This document shows positions 26,001 to 38,000 of a stretch of DNA of 64,000 nucleotides, piece by piece; position 1 is the stretch's first letter, and every line of letters starts with the position of its first letter. The notes beneath the pieces were generated by a model. It saw only the letters and a list, made by a program, of their open reading frames with translations, did no database searches and was not told where the DNA came from. Position numbers and translations under genes: made by a program. The stretch comes from Amoebophrya sp. A120 (lineage: Eukaryota; Protista; Dinoflagellata), in assembly GCA_905178155.1 (NCBI GenBank), contig CAJINV010000020.1:496001-560000 (forward strand). Reading direction: 5' to 3'.

Positions 26001-29000
26001 GTTACAGAGGGTGATCATCTCGTCTGCCAAAGAACATCTTCCAGGGAAGCGGGCTGCGAAGTCTACTGCGCCGGGAAGCAGGGATCCGAAGCGAAAGAAA
26101 GCAGCGGGAAATGGAAGTAGTGCTGTAAACGGTTCCAACGTACAGGAGCCTGCTGATGAAGGTTCTGGCGAAGACTGCGACAGCCTTGACCCGAAGAAAC
26201 GGTGGGATGTAATTAATAAAACAGTTCGGGATAAGCAGAAGTGGTCAACTGGATTTCCCTCGCAACTAATAGCAAAGGAGTGCCGGGCGAAATATTATCG
26301 ACGGGTAACAGGCGACCACTCTGTAGGAGAAGACGAGAATGAAAAAGCAGACAAGCTGATCAAGAAAAAGAAATTAACGCAAAAGCCAATCCCGTCCGAA
26401 GTAACATTAGACCACAGAAAAATTGTGTCCTACTTTCACACACAGTACAGAACGAGGCCTGAGCTTGTATACCAAAAGAATGGAATTTCTGGGGACGATT
26501 TCAAAGATTTGCAAAATAAAGCCTATGAAACAAAACGCGCTCTGCAAGAAATAGGCAAAAGGCATGTTGATGATCGGGTGGCAAGGGGGGACTATTGGCA
26601 CCTTTCCTATGTGGAGTTCAGGTCTGCACTGCGAAGACTGGGAACGGGACGCAGCCCGGGTGACGATGGCATCGCACACGAACTCATACTCGCGATGGAA
26701 GGACTACCGCTAGAGGTGTTGTACCGCATCTACTACCTGCTGCTGAAGCATTGCAGATACCCGGACGCTGCGCGGGACATAATCCTCGCCCCGGTAGCAA
26801 AGACACCACAGCAGCCTTGGGTAGAATCACTTTTCAGACCAGTATCGCTAATATCTGTATTGGGGAAAATAATGGACATTCTACTTGATAGACGATTTTG
26901 CATATACTTAGAAGGATGGAGCTGGGTTGGTAGTCAAAGGCTCGCGCGTTCCAAGTCTCCTATGTTGCCGGTCTATTCTGTTGCTTACCGTCTTGCATTT
27001 TTTAAGGAGCTATGTGCAGTCAGAATGTTGGATTTCTTGTTCTCGGACCACTTCTTTCAAGCCGTCGGGCAAGAAGCATGAAAAGACATTCATCATCCTT
27101 AATGATAATGAGGCGGGTTTCGACGTTGTCGACCACTCAACGCTCCTCAGCACGATGGTTGAGTTCGAAGTCCCTGATGATCTTGCATTATCCGCGTTGG
27201 ACTGGTTGCATGACAGGAAACAAAAAATAAGAGACCCTGACGCCCTGAGACCCAAACCAGTGAAACACGACGGCAGCGTGGTTTTCTTGTGTTTAGAATG
27301 ACGAAAAATAAATACTCATAGCATCGTGATTTCGATTTCTCTTGTTTTTTGGGGGATCCGCCTCTCCACGGGGATCCGCCCGCTCCCCGGGGATCCGCCT
27401 GTTACTCGGGGATCCGCCCGCTCCCCGGGGATCCGCCTTCGCCCAGGGGATCCGCCCGTTCCCCGGGGATCCGCCTTCGCCCAGGGGATCCGCCCCTTCC
27501 CCGGGGAACCGCCTTCGCTCAGGGGATCCGCCCGCTCCCCGGGGATCCGCCTTCGCGCAGGGGATCCGCCCGCTCCCGGGGATCCGCCTTCGCTCAGGGG
27601 ATCCGCCCGCTCCCGGGGGTCCGCCCGCACCCCGGGGATCCGCCTTCGCCCAGGGGGTCCGCCCGTTCCCCGGGGATCCGCCTTCGCCCAGGGGATCCGC
27701 CTGCTACTCGGGGATCCGCCCGCTCCCCGGGGATCCGCCCGCTCACCGGGGATCCGCCTTCGCCCAGGGGATCCGCTTGTTCCTCGGGCATCCGCCCGTT
27801 CCCGGGGGATGCGCCCGTTCCCCGGGGGCTCCGCCCGCACCCCGGGGGATCCGCCTTCGCCCGGGGGGCCCACCGGTTCTCCGGGGGATCCGCCCGCACC
27901 CCGGGGATCCGCCTGTTCTGCGGGGGATCCGCCCGCGCCCCGGGGGGTCCGCCGGTTCTTCGGGGGATCCGCCCTCGCCCCGGAGGGCCGGCCCGCCTCC
28001 CGCGGATCCGCGCGCCCTCGGGGGGTCCAGCCTACGAACTTTCTTTGGGGGGATCCTCCTCAGCTCGGGGGATCCGCCCTCGCCCCGGTGCGTTCGCCCC
28101 AGCCTCCGGGGATCTCCCCTTGCCAGGAGGGATCCGATATTCGTGCTTGCCCCTCGGACTGCGCCGGCGTCGCGGGGTTTCACTCCCTCCCCGACGGACA
28201 CCCGGCCAGCCCGGGGCGGGTGCGCCCTTGCGCCAGAGGCTCCCGCCTTAGGGGTCCTTGCCCTTGCCGCGTTGGCGGTGGGCACGGGCACCGGCACCGG
28301 CAAACCGGCGCACATTTCTTGTTTCGGCTTGGTTCTTCCAAGTTGTCAGCGTGTTGCTGGTTGTCAAAGCGGCGCGTTGACAACCAGCAGCAGGATCGAG
28401 ATGCGACAACCACACAGAAACAGGAGGCGTCCGCACAACCACCCGAGGCCTTGAGAATCGAGAGAATGCGCGCCGGTTTGCCGCGATGCCCTGCACTCGA
28501 GTGCGTTCCAAAATCTTCCAAAATGTGCGCCGGTTTGCCGCGGTGCCCGAAATCGACGCTGTGCCGGCGGGGAAAGACCGCGAAGGACGGCGCGAATCCG
28601 GCCGGAGGATTCCGGAGAGGATTTTGGAATCCTCTCAGGAATCCTCTTCCGAAATCGAGGCAATACCGCCGGGGGAAGGGCGCGGAAGACGGCTCAACTT
28701 GGGCCAGAGGGTTCCCGAGAGGATTTCGGAATCCTCTGCGGAATCCTCTGTGGAATCCGCGCCCGGAATCGAGGCAGTGCCGTCGGGGAAAGGGCGCGAG
28801 GGACGGGCCAACTTGGGCCAGAGGATTCCTGAGGGTGGGGATTTTGGAATCCTCTGCAGAATCCTCTGCGGAATCCTCTCGCGAAATCGAGGTAGTGCCG
28901 CCGGGGTAAGGGCGCGGAAGACGGCTCAACTTGGGCCACGGGATTCCTGAGAGGATTTTGGAATCCTCGGCGGAATCCTCTGCGGAATCCTCTGTGGAAT

Positions 29001-32000
29001 CCTCCCCCGAAATCGAGGCACTGCCGCCGGGGAAAGGGCGCGGAAGACGGCTCAACTTGGGCCAGAGGATTCCTGAGAGGATTTTGGAATCCTCTGTGGA
29101 ATCCTCTGCGGAATCCTCTGTGGAATCCTCCCCCGAAATCAAGGCACTGCCGCCGGGGAAAGGGCGCGGAAGACGGCGCAACTTGGGCCAGAGGATTCCT
29201 GAGAGGATTTTGGAATCCTCTGAGGAATCCTCTATGGAATCCTCCCGCGAAATCGAGGCACTGCCGTCGGCGAAAGGGCGCGAGAGACGGCGCAACTTGG
29301 GCCAGAGGATTCCTGAGAGGATTTTGGAATCCTCTCAGGAATCCTCTGCGGAATCCTCCCCCGAAATCGAGGCACTGCCGTCGGGGAAAGGGCGCGGGGG
29401 ACGGCTCAACTTGGGCCAGAGGATTCCTGAGAGGATTTTGGAATCCTCTGCGGAATCCTCTGCGGGATCCTCTGCGAAAATGTGCGCCGGTTTGCCGGGG
29501 CCGCCAGGTTGCTCGCAATCCGCAGCCGACTGTGGCGATCTGGGCGCACGAGACTGCAACGCAGACGCGGCGCGGTTGTGCAAACAAACAGCAGCGGAGT
29601 CCTTGCGCGCGCCGCGTTTTCGGTTGCATTGCAACACACTTTAGCACGAGCTAAGCCGAAGGTTTCCCGGGAAACCTTAAACGACCTTGCCCGAGCGGAA
29701 TCCATTGATTTCTGGGTCTCACAGCGTCACTTTCTCAAAAATAAAGACCGATGATAACTCGTGGAGCTTATCTCCCGGCATGCCGCAAGGCAGTCCTTTC
29801 AGTGGTTCTGCGTTCAATATCCATAGCCAGAAACTGATAAAAAAAATGGAGAAGATAAACGGCCCCCCGCTCGGAACACAAGGGCAGTATTCCGATGATA
29901 ATAATCAAGGCGGGAGCGGAGAGAAGGAGAGGGCGACCACGGTGACGGAGGAGCTGGTGAAGGAGGGAAGGGAACTATTTATTTTTTTCGAGGGTGACAA
30001 GGCCGAAGAAATTTGGTTTGAAACGAAGCAGAACAACAACAAGAAACTTCTAGAAGCCGAGGCGAAAAATAAAGAGGTACGGGACCCAAGAGAACTTGCA
30101 GGAAGTTCATTAGGATTCTTCTTCGATGGAACATGGACTATGTCGTCGCACTATCTTATCATGTCTGCTGAAGGAAAAAAAGAAATGGCCAACGTTGCAC
30201 GAATCAAGAAGCTTCGCTTCTCTTGTAGAGTTGACGTATTCCGAGCTCTTGCATACTCTGCATTTTTGTCGAATTCGGTGCCAATGTATGTCTATTTTTC
30301 GGCCGCTAACAAAGCAAAAATCCAAAAAGATGTCGCAAAAGGACTGAAATTAATGGCATTCCTACCAATGCAATGCCCAAGTGCCATCCTCTTTCATGCG
30401 GCAGCTTTACCGAGTATCACGGCGGCCTTCATTGTCGAGAACGTGATGGCGTTCTGGAAACAAGCAGCAATAGGGGCGGGAGAGATGGGAGATTATGAAG
30501 AAATAAAAAAGAAATGCATCGAGGAAAACTTCACTTCGACTTCAGCAATAGAAGCGCTCCAAAAAACATACAAACAGGCATGGACATCGATTATGCAGCG
30601 CATCTCTGTCATGTGTTTCCCGGACATACATGAAGCCCTTATGGCGCAAGGACTTAAAATTGGCAGAGTGTACTGGAAAGGGGTAAGACTCCAGGTGCGA
30701 ACGATGGCGACAGTGGCGCGGGATTTTGGGTGTAGTGACCTCACCAAACTTAACGAGGAGGAGAAACAGCATCTACGGATCAGCATCGCATGGAAGCAGC
30801 AGGAGATGATCACGGGTTTGCTACGGTCCTCGATGCATCGGATGGCTACCACAACAGACGGAACGGTGGACAATCAGAGGAACCACGGCGCTGCGGCAGG
30901 AGTAACGTGGTGGCATGATGCATATCGATTGGAGGACGTAAAAAGAGATGATGGATGGGTTCTGGAAGGTAGAGAAACATATCCCGAGCCAATTGTCGTA
31001 AGCTATGCATATGTCATGCCGCCATACCACATGTCTGACTTGGTTCGGGTAGACTGTTTCGATGCTGAAGGATTTGGCTTCATCCATCATCTCGAAAAGT
31101 TGAGACTCGCACTGCTATCCTCGGGAGCAAGATTTAGTATACGCGAATTCCATTTTTTCCTGGACTCGAACTCGTACTGCGAAGCGATGGAGTGTTTTGG
31201 GGACAAGTCAAACCCGCTGGCGATTAAGGGCATGCTGCTGATGGAGGAAATTCGGGAAATATGCCTGGGCACCGCGGGTCCAGATCCGGCGGAAGGAGAA
31301 GTTCTTTTTGCGATCTACTACACGCCAGCGCACTGCGGGAACTGGTACAACGACTGCGCAGATGCCACGGCAACTAGGGCGATGCAGGAGTGGTGGAAAG
31401 GGCACAAGTCCCATCAAGATGGAGACTCGGCACTAGGAAGCGTTTACTTGAAGCAAATCACCGCCCCGCTACTGCGCCAAGTCGCGACGAAACTTGTAAT
31501 GCAGGATGAGTTTTCACGGTGTAAATCGGTTTCGTCATACATGCTGGACAGGAGACAACGCCTTGGGCCTTATCGTCCCCCTGCGGGTTGCCTTAGATCA
31601 AGGGAGGCCGAATTGCTATACTTCTGGCGCTACCTAGGTATTGCACAGAAAGGACATCTTTTTTGCGACGAAATTCTGTTTGAAGGAGCGGATGGGCAGG
31701 GGATTTTCAAGCAAAAATGCGCAAGGTGTGGTGGGGTGTTCGACTGTGTAGTAGACCATGCTTTATTCACATGCCCAAAAATTGAAAGTGTCCGCCGGAG
31801 ACACTTAGGACAAAACGCAATACCAAAAGAATTGGGCATGAATAAGCTAGATAGTCCGAAACTAATGCTGACTTTCATATGTGACGCAGAAGCCGGACTA
31901 ACAACGGAGTACTACCGGCGGGAGGTGGCCAAGACGCTGGAAAGAACAGGCACAACTATGAACAAAACAAAAAAATCAAAACCACGGGAGCCGAACAGTT

Positions 32001-35000
32001 TCGAACAACATCTTCAGGAGATGAAAATCTTCAACGAAATGTTTGGCATGCGGAGAACCAGAACTGCAACAGCGGCGGGAGCATCGCAACAACTGCCGGC
32101 GGCGCAACCACATCTTCATCAGTCCGCACCAACGACTGCAGGGCAACAACCAGTACGACCAGCGGTGGAGGGAACATTGAGCGGCAGCTTGCGTGCAGGT
32201 ACTGGAGCGAAGACCGTGGAGGCCGGGATGACGTCTACTACTACTTCGTCGTCGATTTCTTTACCAGTGCCTTCGCTCCAGCCAAAGGTCTCAGTTTGGG
32301 AATCTGGACAGAGAAGAGAAAAAGAGCGCATGGACCGGGTGAAGAGGACCTACGGAGGAAAAAAATGGGTGTGCACAAGCAGGCTGTTAAGTGCATACGA
32401 ACTGGAAGATGACAGCAGCACGGAGTTTTACATCGAAAGGACTTTTTTCTGCGAAAACATGGGACGAGAAGAGGAACGGGTTGAGGGAGTTTGGTTTTAT
32501 GTTGACAGCACAGGACTGCACCAGCCGTCGGACTCGGAGAGAAGTGGGTGGGTTGGATAGTATGGTAAAAATAAAATAATTCTTTAAAAAGGCAAATGTG
32601 AAAAGTATAATGCAAGTCTCCACTGGTAGTTCGCTTTTGTTCTATGCTTTGCACTGCTGTTTTTTTTTCCATGCCCTGTTGCATCTCTCTGCAGCCCCGG
32701 TGTGACAGTCTCCACTCGATATATATGCTCAGGGTGGACCTCGGGCCCTGGTGGACCCCGATCACCAGGTGTAGGCTTCTTTCTACTTAGTGGTGCACTA
32801 GCTGCGATTACCAGTTGAGACCAAATCTGTAATGCAGAAATGATACATGCCTTCATTATTTGTTTTTAGGTATTACTCATGATGAGATCATGGATTACCA
32901 CGCTAGTTGACAGTAAAAAAGTAAAAAGGGTCAAAATGAAAAAAGAAATAAAGAGAGGTAAATACGCGGGGAACAGAAGAGGAGATGAATTTTATTTACA
33001 GAACAAGAAGGATCTGGACAAGAACACGGATTTTTAATGGAATCACGGATCAAGAGCATGATGACCAAGCACACGGGGGGAATTGTCGTGCTGATCCTGA
33101 ATTTGGCCGCCGACCTGTGCTCAGAATCAGGCTGGGTATAAGAAATTCGACACACACTTGTACGAAGCGATGGTGATTACCTTTGTTCCGCTGGTAGAGT
33201 GTTGGACTCGCAGACGCGGCTGAGGGGTGTTAGCGGACCGGGACGCGGAACCAAGGCTGCAGCGGGTTCAGGACTCTATCAGTCAGGGCATAGGGGGGAG
33301 TTGCTGGTGAGATGTCACAGGCGGTCGAATGATGAAGAAGAAGGTTACGTTAAAAATACAATAAAGAAATGAGTGCAAAGGGACCACTAACATGACATCA
33401 GAAAAAATCACGCAAGTCGTATATGTGCTGCTTCTCTTTGTCTTCTATGTAGCAGGGATCAGGTCCTTGCTTCTCTGTCTGGTCTGTAGATGGCTCGAGG
33501 CTGTACTGGGGGTGCACAGTCACCATTACTCATATGTTCGGTAGGATTATCTTTTTGTCTCTTGTTTTGCTCCGATCTTCTTGGATCTTTCCTTCCCCCT
33601 TTATTTTGTAGCGGCCTCTCCCCGTTCCGTAGTCTCTCTGCCGTCAGGAGCTGCTCCATAGATCTTTCCTTTCCTTTTTTTCCAGGCCGGTGTTTGTTTG
33701 TCTCTGCTGCTTGATCTAGGTTTCCTATCTGCTACGCGCATGTGTACCTTTGTGCCCGGAAGTTTTCTTTTAAACATGAAGCACGAATATGGCGATAGGC
33801 ATTGACAGACAAGACCCCTACAAAATCTTCAGTCCCGACCACCCCCAGAGTGGGACTGAAGAAATATTTTATAAATTTGCAATGCGTGGGAAAGGAAAAA
33901 ATGGCGCGAGAAAATAACGACGAAGCAGCACGAGACGAGATAGCCGTAGCGCAATATAGCGATGATATTGCGGTTGCTGTACCGATGGGAGCAAGACAAG
34001 GACCGATGGGACTGGAAATGCTGCAACACATCCGACGGGTGCTAGGACAAGCAGAACCCCAAGCACGCCCCCGACATGAAGCGAGTCATCACATATTGGC
34101 ACTCGACATCAACAACTTCTTCAACGCGGTGCCAGCCCATGAGCAACGGGCGGAGGGGGGCGGCGATGCTGAACGTGATGGGCAAGACGATGAAGATCAG
34201 GCGGACCAAATTGATGGCGCAGGACAAGCTGCAGAACATGCCGGGGGAAACCGAAACACGAGGAGAATTATGGGGAGACACAGCGTCCGATCACGAAGAA
34301 TTTAGATACCTTCATGAGATAACTTTAATGTAGAAGTGAAAAAAGAACGGCAAGGAGGCTGACATCTGGTGGGCGCTAAACGGAAACAAAATGCGAACGA
34401 AGTGACGCTGACAGTGAAAAACAAAATAGACGAATGCTGCTGGTGACATTGTACCTGCTGGAGTATAGACGATAAAGAGGTACCCCCAAAGTAAAACTTA
34501 CTCTCTTGGTGTGTTCACAAATGCTGCAATGATACAAAAACATCTACAAGAAGATAATTTATGCATGTAGTTATGGTCTTCCGCTCACACTTACCTCGGG
34601 CCGGTAGATGACCAACTGATATGGGACATACGCAATGAATCTATTAGCATAAACACAGGCTTATCATTCTGAATTCTGCATGCAGCAAGTCTTTACCTCT
34701 ATTTTCTGATGCTGTTCTTCTCGGCAGCATCTATCTCTCCTTCATGTCGATGTTCATTATGACTGAGTTTTGATAGGTATGAGATGAAGGGCGATAGATG
34801 GGCCTGCGCATGACAGAGATGTTCAAGAGGAGGTAATGCAAACATAAGTGAAGTATAAGCCGAAGAATGATAAGAAAAAGGAAATGCTAATATTTCTTTT
34901 TAGGTCTGCATAAATTCGAAAGAAAGCAAGGGCTGTGGACGGGAAAGGTATATTCTGCGTAGGTCCGCTCTGCGGTCTACGCACAACTCGACGAAGATCC

Positions 35001-38000
35001 GGAACTTTATATGCTGTTTTATATGATGTCGGTTGTGTTTTTATATGCTGTGGATCGCATCGGATCCGGCTGGGGCAATATGATTTTGCATGTGTATCAT
35101 GAGGTAGCCCACGGCGGAGAGGACCACTGTCCTCGAGTCGTTAACTAAAACGAGTGCTTTGGACGTTAACTAAAACGAGTGCGTTGCGCGGGTTTAGGGT
35201 TCCCCCGGTTTGTATCTCCCGGTGGCATGCTTTGAAGGGTTTAGGGTTTCGAAAGAATTTATACCGCATGACGCGTGACGGGAGCACGCTAAGCGCAGCG
35301 GGCGGGTTCCGTTCTCGCCGTAACACAATTCCAGAAAGAAAGAAAAAGTCTGCCCACGTAAAGGAAAACGAATCCGCGCGCTCGGCGTGGTAGCTACCCC
35401 CATGCCGTTCGGGTTTTACTTTTAGCAGCCACTGGCATCACAAATTGCGGTCTTCCGATCCTCGCCGATGATTTTCGTCTTATCTTCTTTTGTGGCCGGT
35501 GCCTTCGATTCGAGCTTGATCGCGATCTCTTGTCGACCACCGATGTCGACCTTTTGCAGCATGCACGCACAAACGGGATTTTCGAAAACGGAGGGGGGGG
35601 GGAAGGGACCCCCATTTGTTTGCCGCGGCGCGAAGCCGCAAATCTGTGGGCCACGTCTACCACCAGAAGTATTCCGCCCGGGGGCCGCTCCATGAATTGA
35701 ATTGAATTGAACTGCCCCCCAGCCCTGGCAAAAAAAAAAAAAATCATGCAATGCAAATCCTTTTTCTACGGTAAATCCGCATTACAAAATCTATTTGTTT
35801 CTCATTCCGAATGAATGAATGCTGAGGAAATTTGTAATGCATTTATACGAGTGCGATACTTTTGCAGTTCATAGCTTCGCAACCTGACCGGGGTGGTGTT
35901 CTTCGCCCACGCAACTGCTCTCCGCTGCCCTGGTGGGGGAAAACCAGACACGCTAGAGTACGAGGGCGTGTCGGATGCGGACGGGGTCACTCCCACGACG
36001 TTCTCCCTGGACCTGACGGGCTTTTCCCTGGCGACCACCGGAACCTGGATTCCGCTCGGGCGCGCGGTGCGGAAGCTCAAGATCCTGAAGACCAACAACC
36101 ACCTGTGTTTTTGTGGCCTATCACTCTACCGGCTTCCGCCACCCCCGGAGGGGGAGGACTCTGGGGGATCCAGCAGTTCGGATTCCGGCAGTACTACCTC
36201 GACCGAGACAACCACGCTATCAAATGTAAAAAAAAGACTCGGTCTGGAAGAATGCAACTTGTGATGCTAACTTTGGATTCTAAAAAAATCTGTATTGCAT
36301 GACCAGCAAGAGCCGCCCAGTTTGTGCTACGCGGGGAGGGCATTTGCCATGCGGGATAGGCATCAGGAACGCCTCTAGTTCATGATGCTAGGTCATGCAT
36401 TACAGACATCCTGAGTCATGCAAAATATGCATGACAAACCTGGTAACCTTCCAGACCCAGACATTTTTACATTTGATACACGCCGGGCGAGGACGACTTC
36501 ACGCGGATCACCAACACGTTTCCGCGGCTCGCCCCCGGTGCCGTTCCGGTGGAGAAACCGCTGAAGAGCCCCTCCTGCTACGGCGGGGTGCGGCTGGAGT
36601 ATGCCGGAGTATGGGACACGGTGGACAGCAGCTCGGAGGGCACGGACGAAAGTGGCGTGGCGCTTTTGAAAACGTACCCGGTCTCGAGGCAGGCACCGGC
36701 CACCACCGGCACGGGAACGGCCTTCTTCCTGACGCCCAACCCCGCACGTGCGGGGAGCTGTTGGGAGAGTGCGGCAGGCGATAGTAGCATCTACTGGAAG
36801 GTGGAATGGAAGGTGGGAGCGGGGAATACACATATCAACGCCCCGGCGATGATCCGTCTGTACAACTACGCGGCCGCCTACACCAGTTTGCCCGGCAACA
36901 GCGGAAAGGAAAATCGCTTGAAGAAGGCCCGGGTCAGAGTTAGTCGCACATTTAATATGTATGGATGGAGCTTTGGAGGGACTAATCCTGTCCTCGGTTC
37001 GTTGGACCCTGATGCGGACCCACCGGCCGCTTGTTTTCCACCGAGCCCTACGAGTCATTTATATCCAGACTGGGCAGCCGACAATTGCCGAGTGGTGGAG
37101 GATTTGTCTCCCCTGTACGACCCCGCCACGCGCTACATAGACATCCCGTTTATGCAGCACTGGCGAGTCGGGCTTCCCAATGGCGCGCCGGGTGTGCAGG
37201 ATAACGGGGAGGGACCCGATACGAAGGGCATCGAGATTTCCTGGAATGCCGCGCGCCATGGAGCCCCCGGGGGGAGCGATATCATCAACGTGTGTGGATT
37301 AGTGGTCCTGGAAGATTACAGCACGCGTGTCTTGGACGGCCCGTCCGAAAAGTACTTGGCGTCCGCTCTTCCAATCGACTTGTACAACGCCTCCGAATAT
37401 TCGCATGTGCTTTTCGACTGGAAAACGGAGTATGGTCCAACGCAGGAACTTTACCTGGACGGGCCCCCCTTCTACGACGACTGGCGTCCGCTGGTGGTGA
37501 ACGGGACCGCAGCGGAGTTGGCCGTACCACACGTTTCCGACGGGGAGATCCTTCCTGGGTGGTGGTTTTCGTGGTACGCGGCCCACAATGGTCCCGTGGT
37601 TCTAGCCGCCCTGCTGATCGAGATCGATTGGAAGGACCAGGGCTGGGGCAACCGCAAGGGGGGTCTGCAGCTGGAGCGGGGTGGTGTGGTCTACAATGTC
37701 GAGTTCGCGCCCAAGTCGCGCCAGAAAGAGCTCCATGTGGTCACTGGCTGTGACAGCGATTTTTCGTTTCTGACCGCGGAAGAGCTTTCCGAAGGGGCGG
37801 CACGCACAAAAATCAAGATCAATCAGCGGCTCGGGCACGGCAGCGGCCACGTGCTGCACCTGCTCGACTTGAAGATCCACGGCCTCCTGCTTCCGCAAAG
37901 AAAACGCCCCGCCGCTCGTCGAGCGCTCCAAGAAGACAGAGCACCACGTACTGGTGGACACGCGAACAAGCCAGAACAAGGCAGTAGTAATACTAGGAGA

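Larger units (their letters stand above)
27231..29736. mobile_element. Non-autonomous TIR DNA transposon inserted in the LINE RT domain
   Basis: Imperfect TIR gagaccctgacgccctgagaccca / tgggtctcacagcgtcactttctc; 8-bp TSD aaaaataa (27223-27230, 29737-29744); removal restores RKQKIKTDDNSWSLSPGMPQG. Confidence 0.88.
23443..32560 (+). pseudogene. LINE polyprotein: Zn fingers, AP endonuclease, reverse transcriptase, RNase H, CCHC; disrupted
   Basis: APE: NAQSI, GINET, GDLNA, PDVV, SDH. RT: SPGDDGI, FRPVSLIS, DNEAGFDVVDH, GMPQGSPFS, QYSDD. RNase H: TDGT, LDS, PAHCGNWYNDCAD. C-terminal CARC...H...C. Frame change near 27030-27070 and insertion 27231-29736. Confidence 0.9.
22225..35741 (+). mobile_element. 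Non-LTR retrotransposon (LINE, APE-RT-RNaseH, Ingi/I-group-like)
   Basis: 18-bp TSD aatcatgcaat(a/g)caaatc at 22207-22224 and 35742-35759; poly(A) 35730-35743; (TGAAT)n just upstream; pol-like ORF inside. Confidence 0.9.
22175..35873. mobile_element. Introner family C expanded to 13.7 kb by a LINE insertion
   Basis: Left arm 22175-22224, right arm 35742-35873; TSD gtttc/gcttc; removal gives WEVEFRDNQFRNLTGVVFF in frame. Confidence 0.85.

Noticed and set aside
27030-27081. Programmed frameshift in the LINE RT
   Set aside because: No slippery site is evident and the copy is also disrupted by an insertion; a simple indel or sequencing error is more likely.
27316-29705. ORFs of up to 527 aa in several frames
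   Set aside because: Products of the GGATCC/GGAATCC tandem arrays in the TIR element; no transposase motifs.
35190-35250. TTTAGGG telomere-like words
   Set aside because: Only isolated copies, not a telomeric array.
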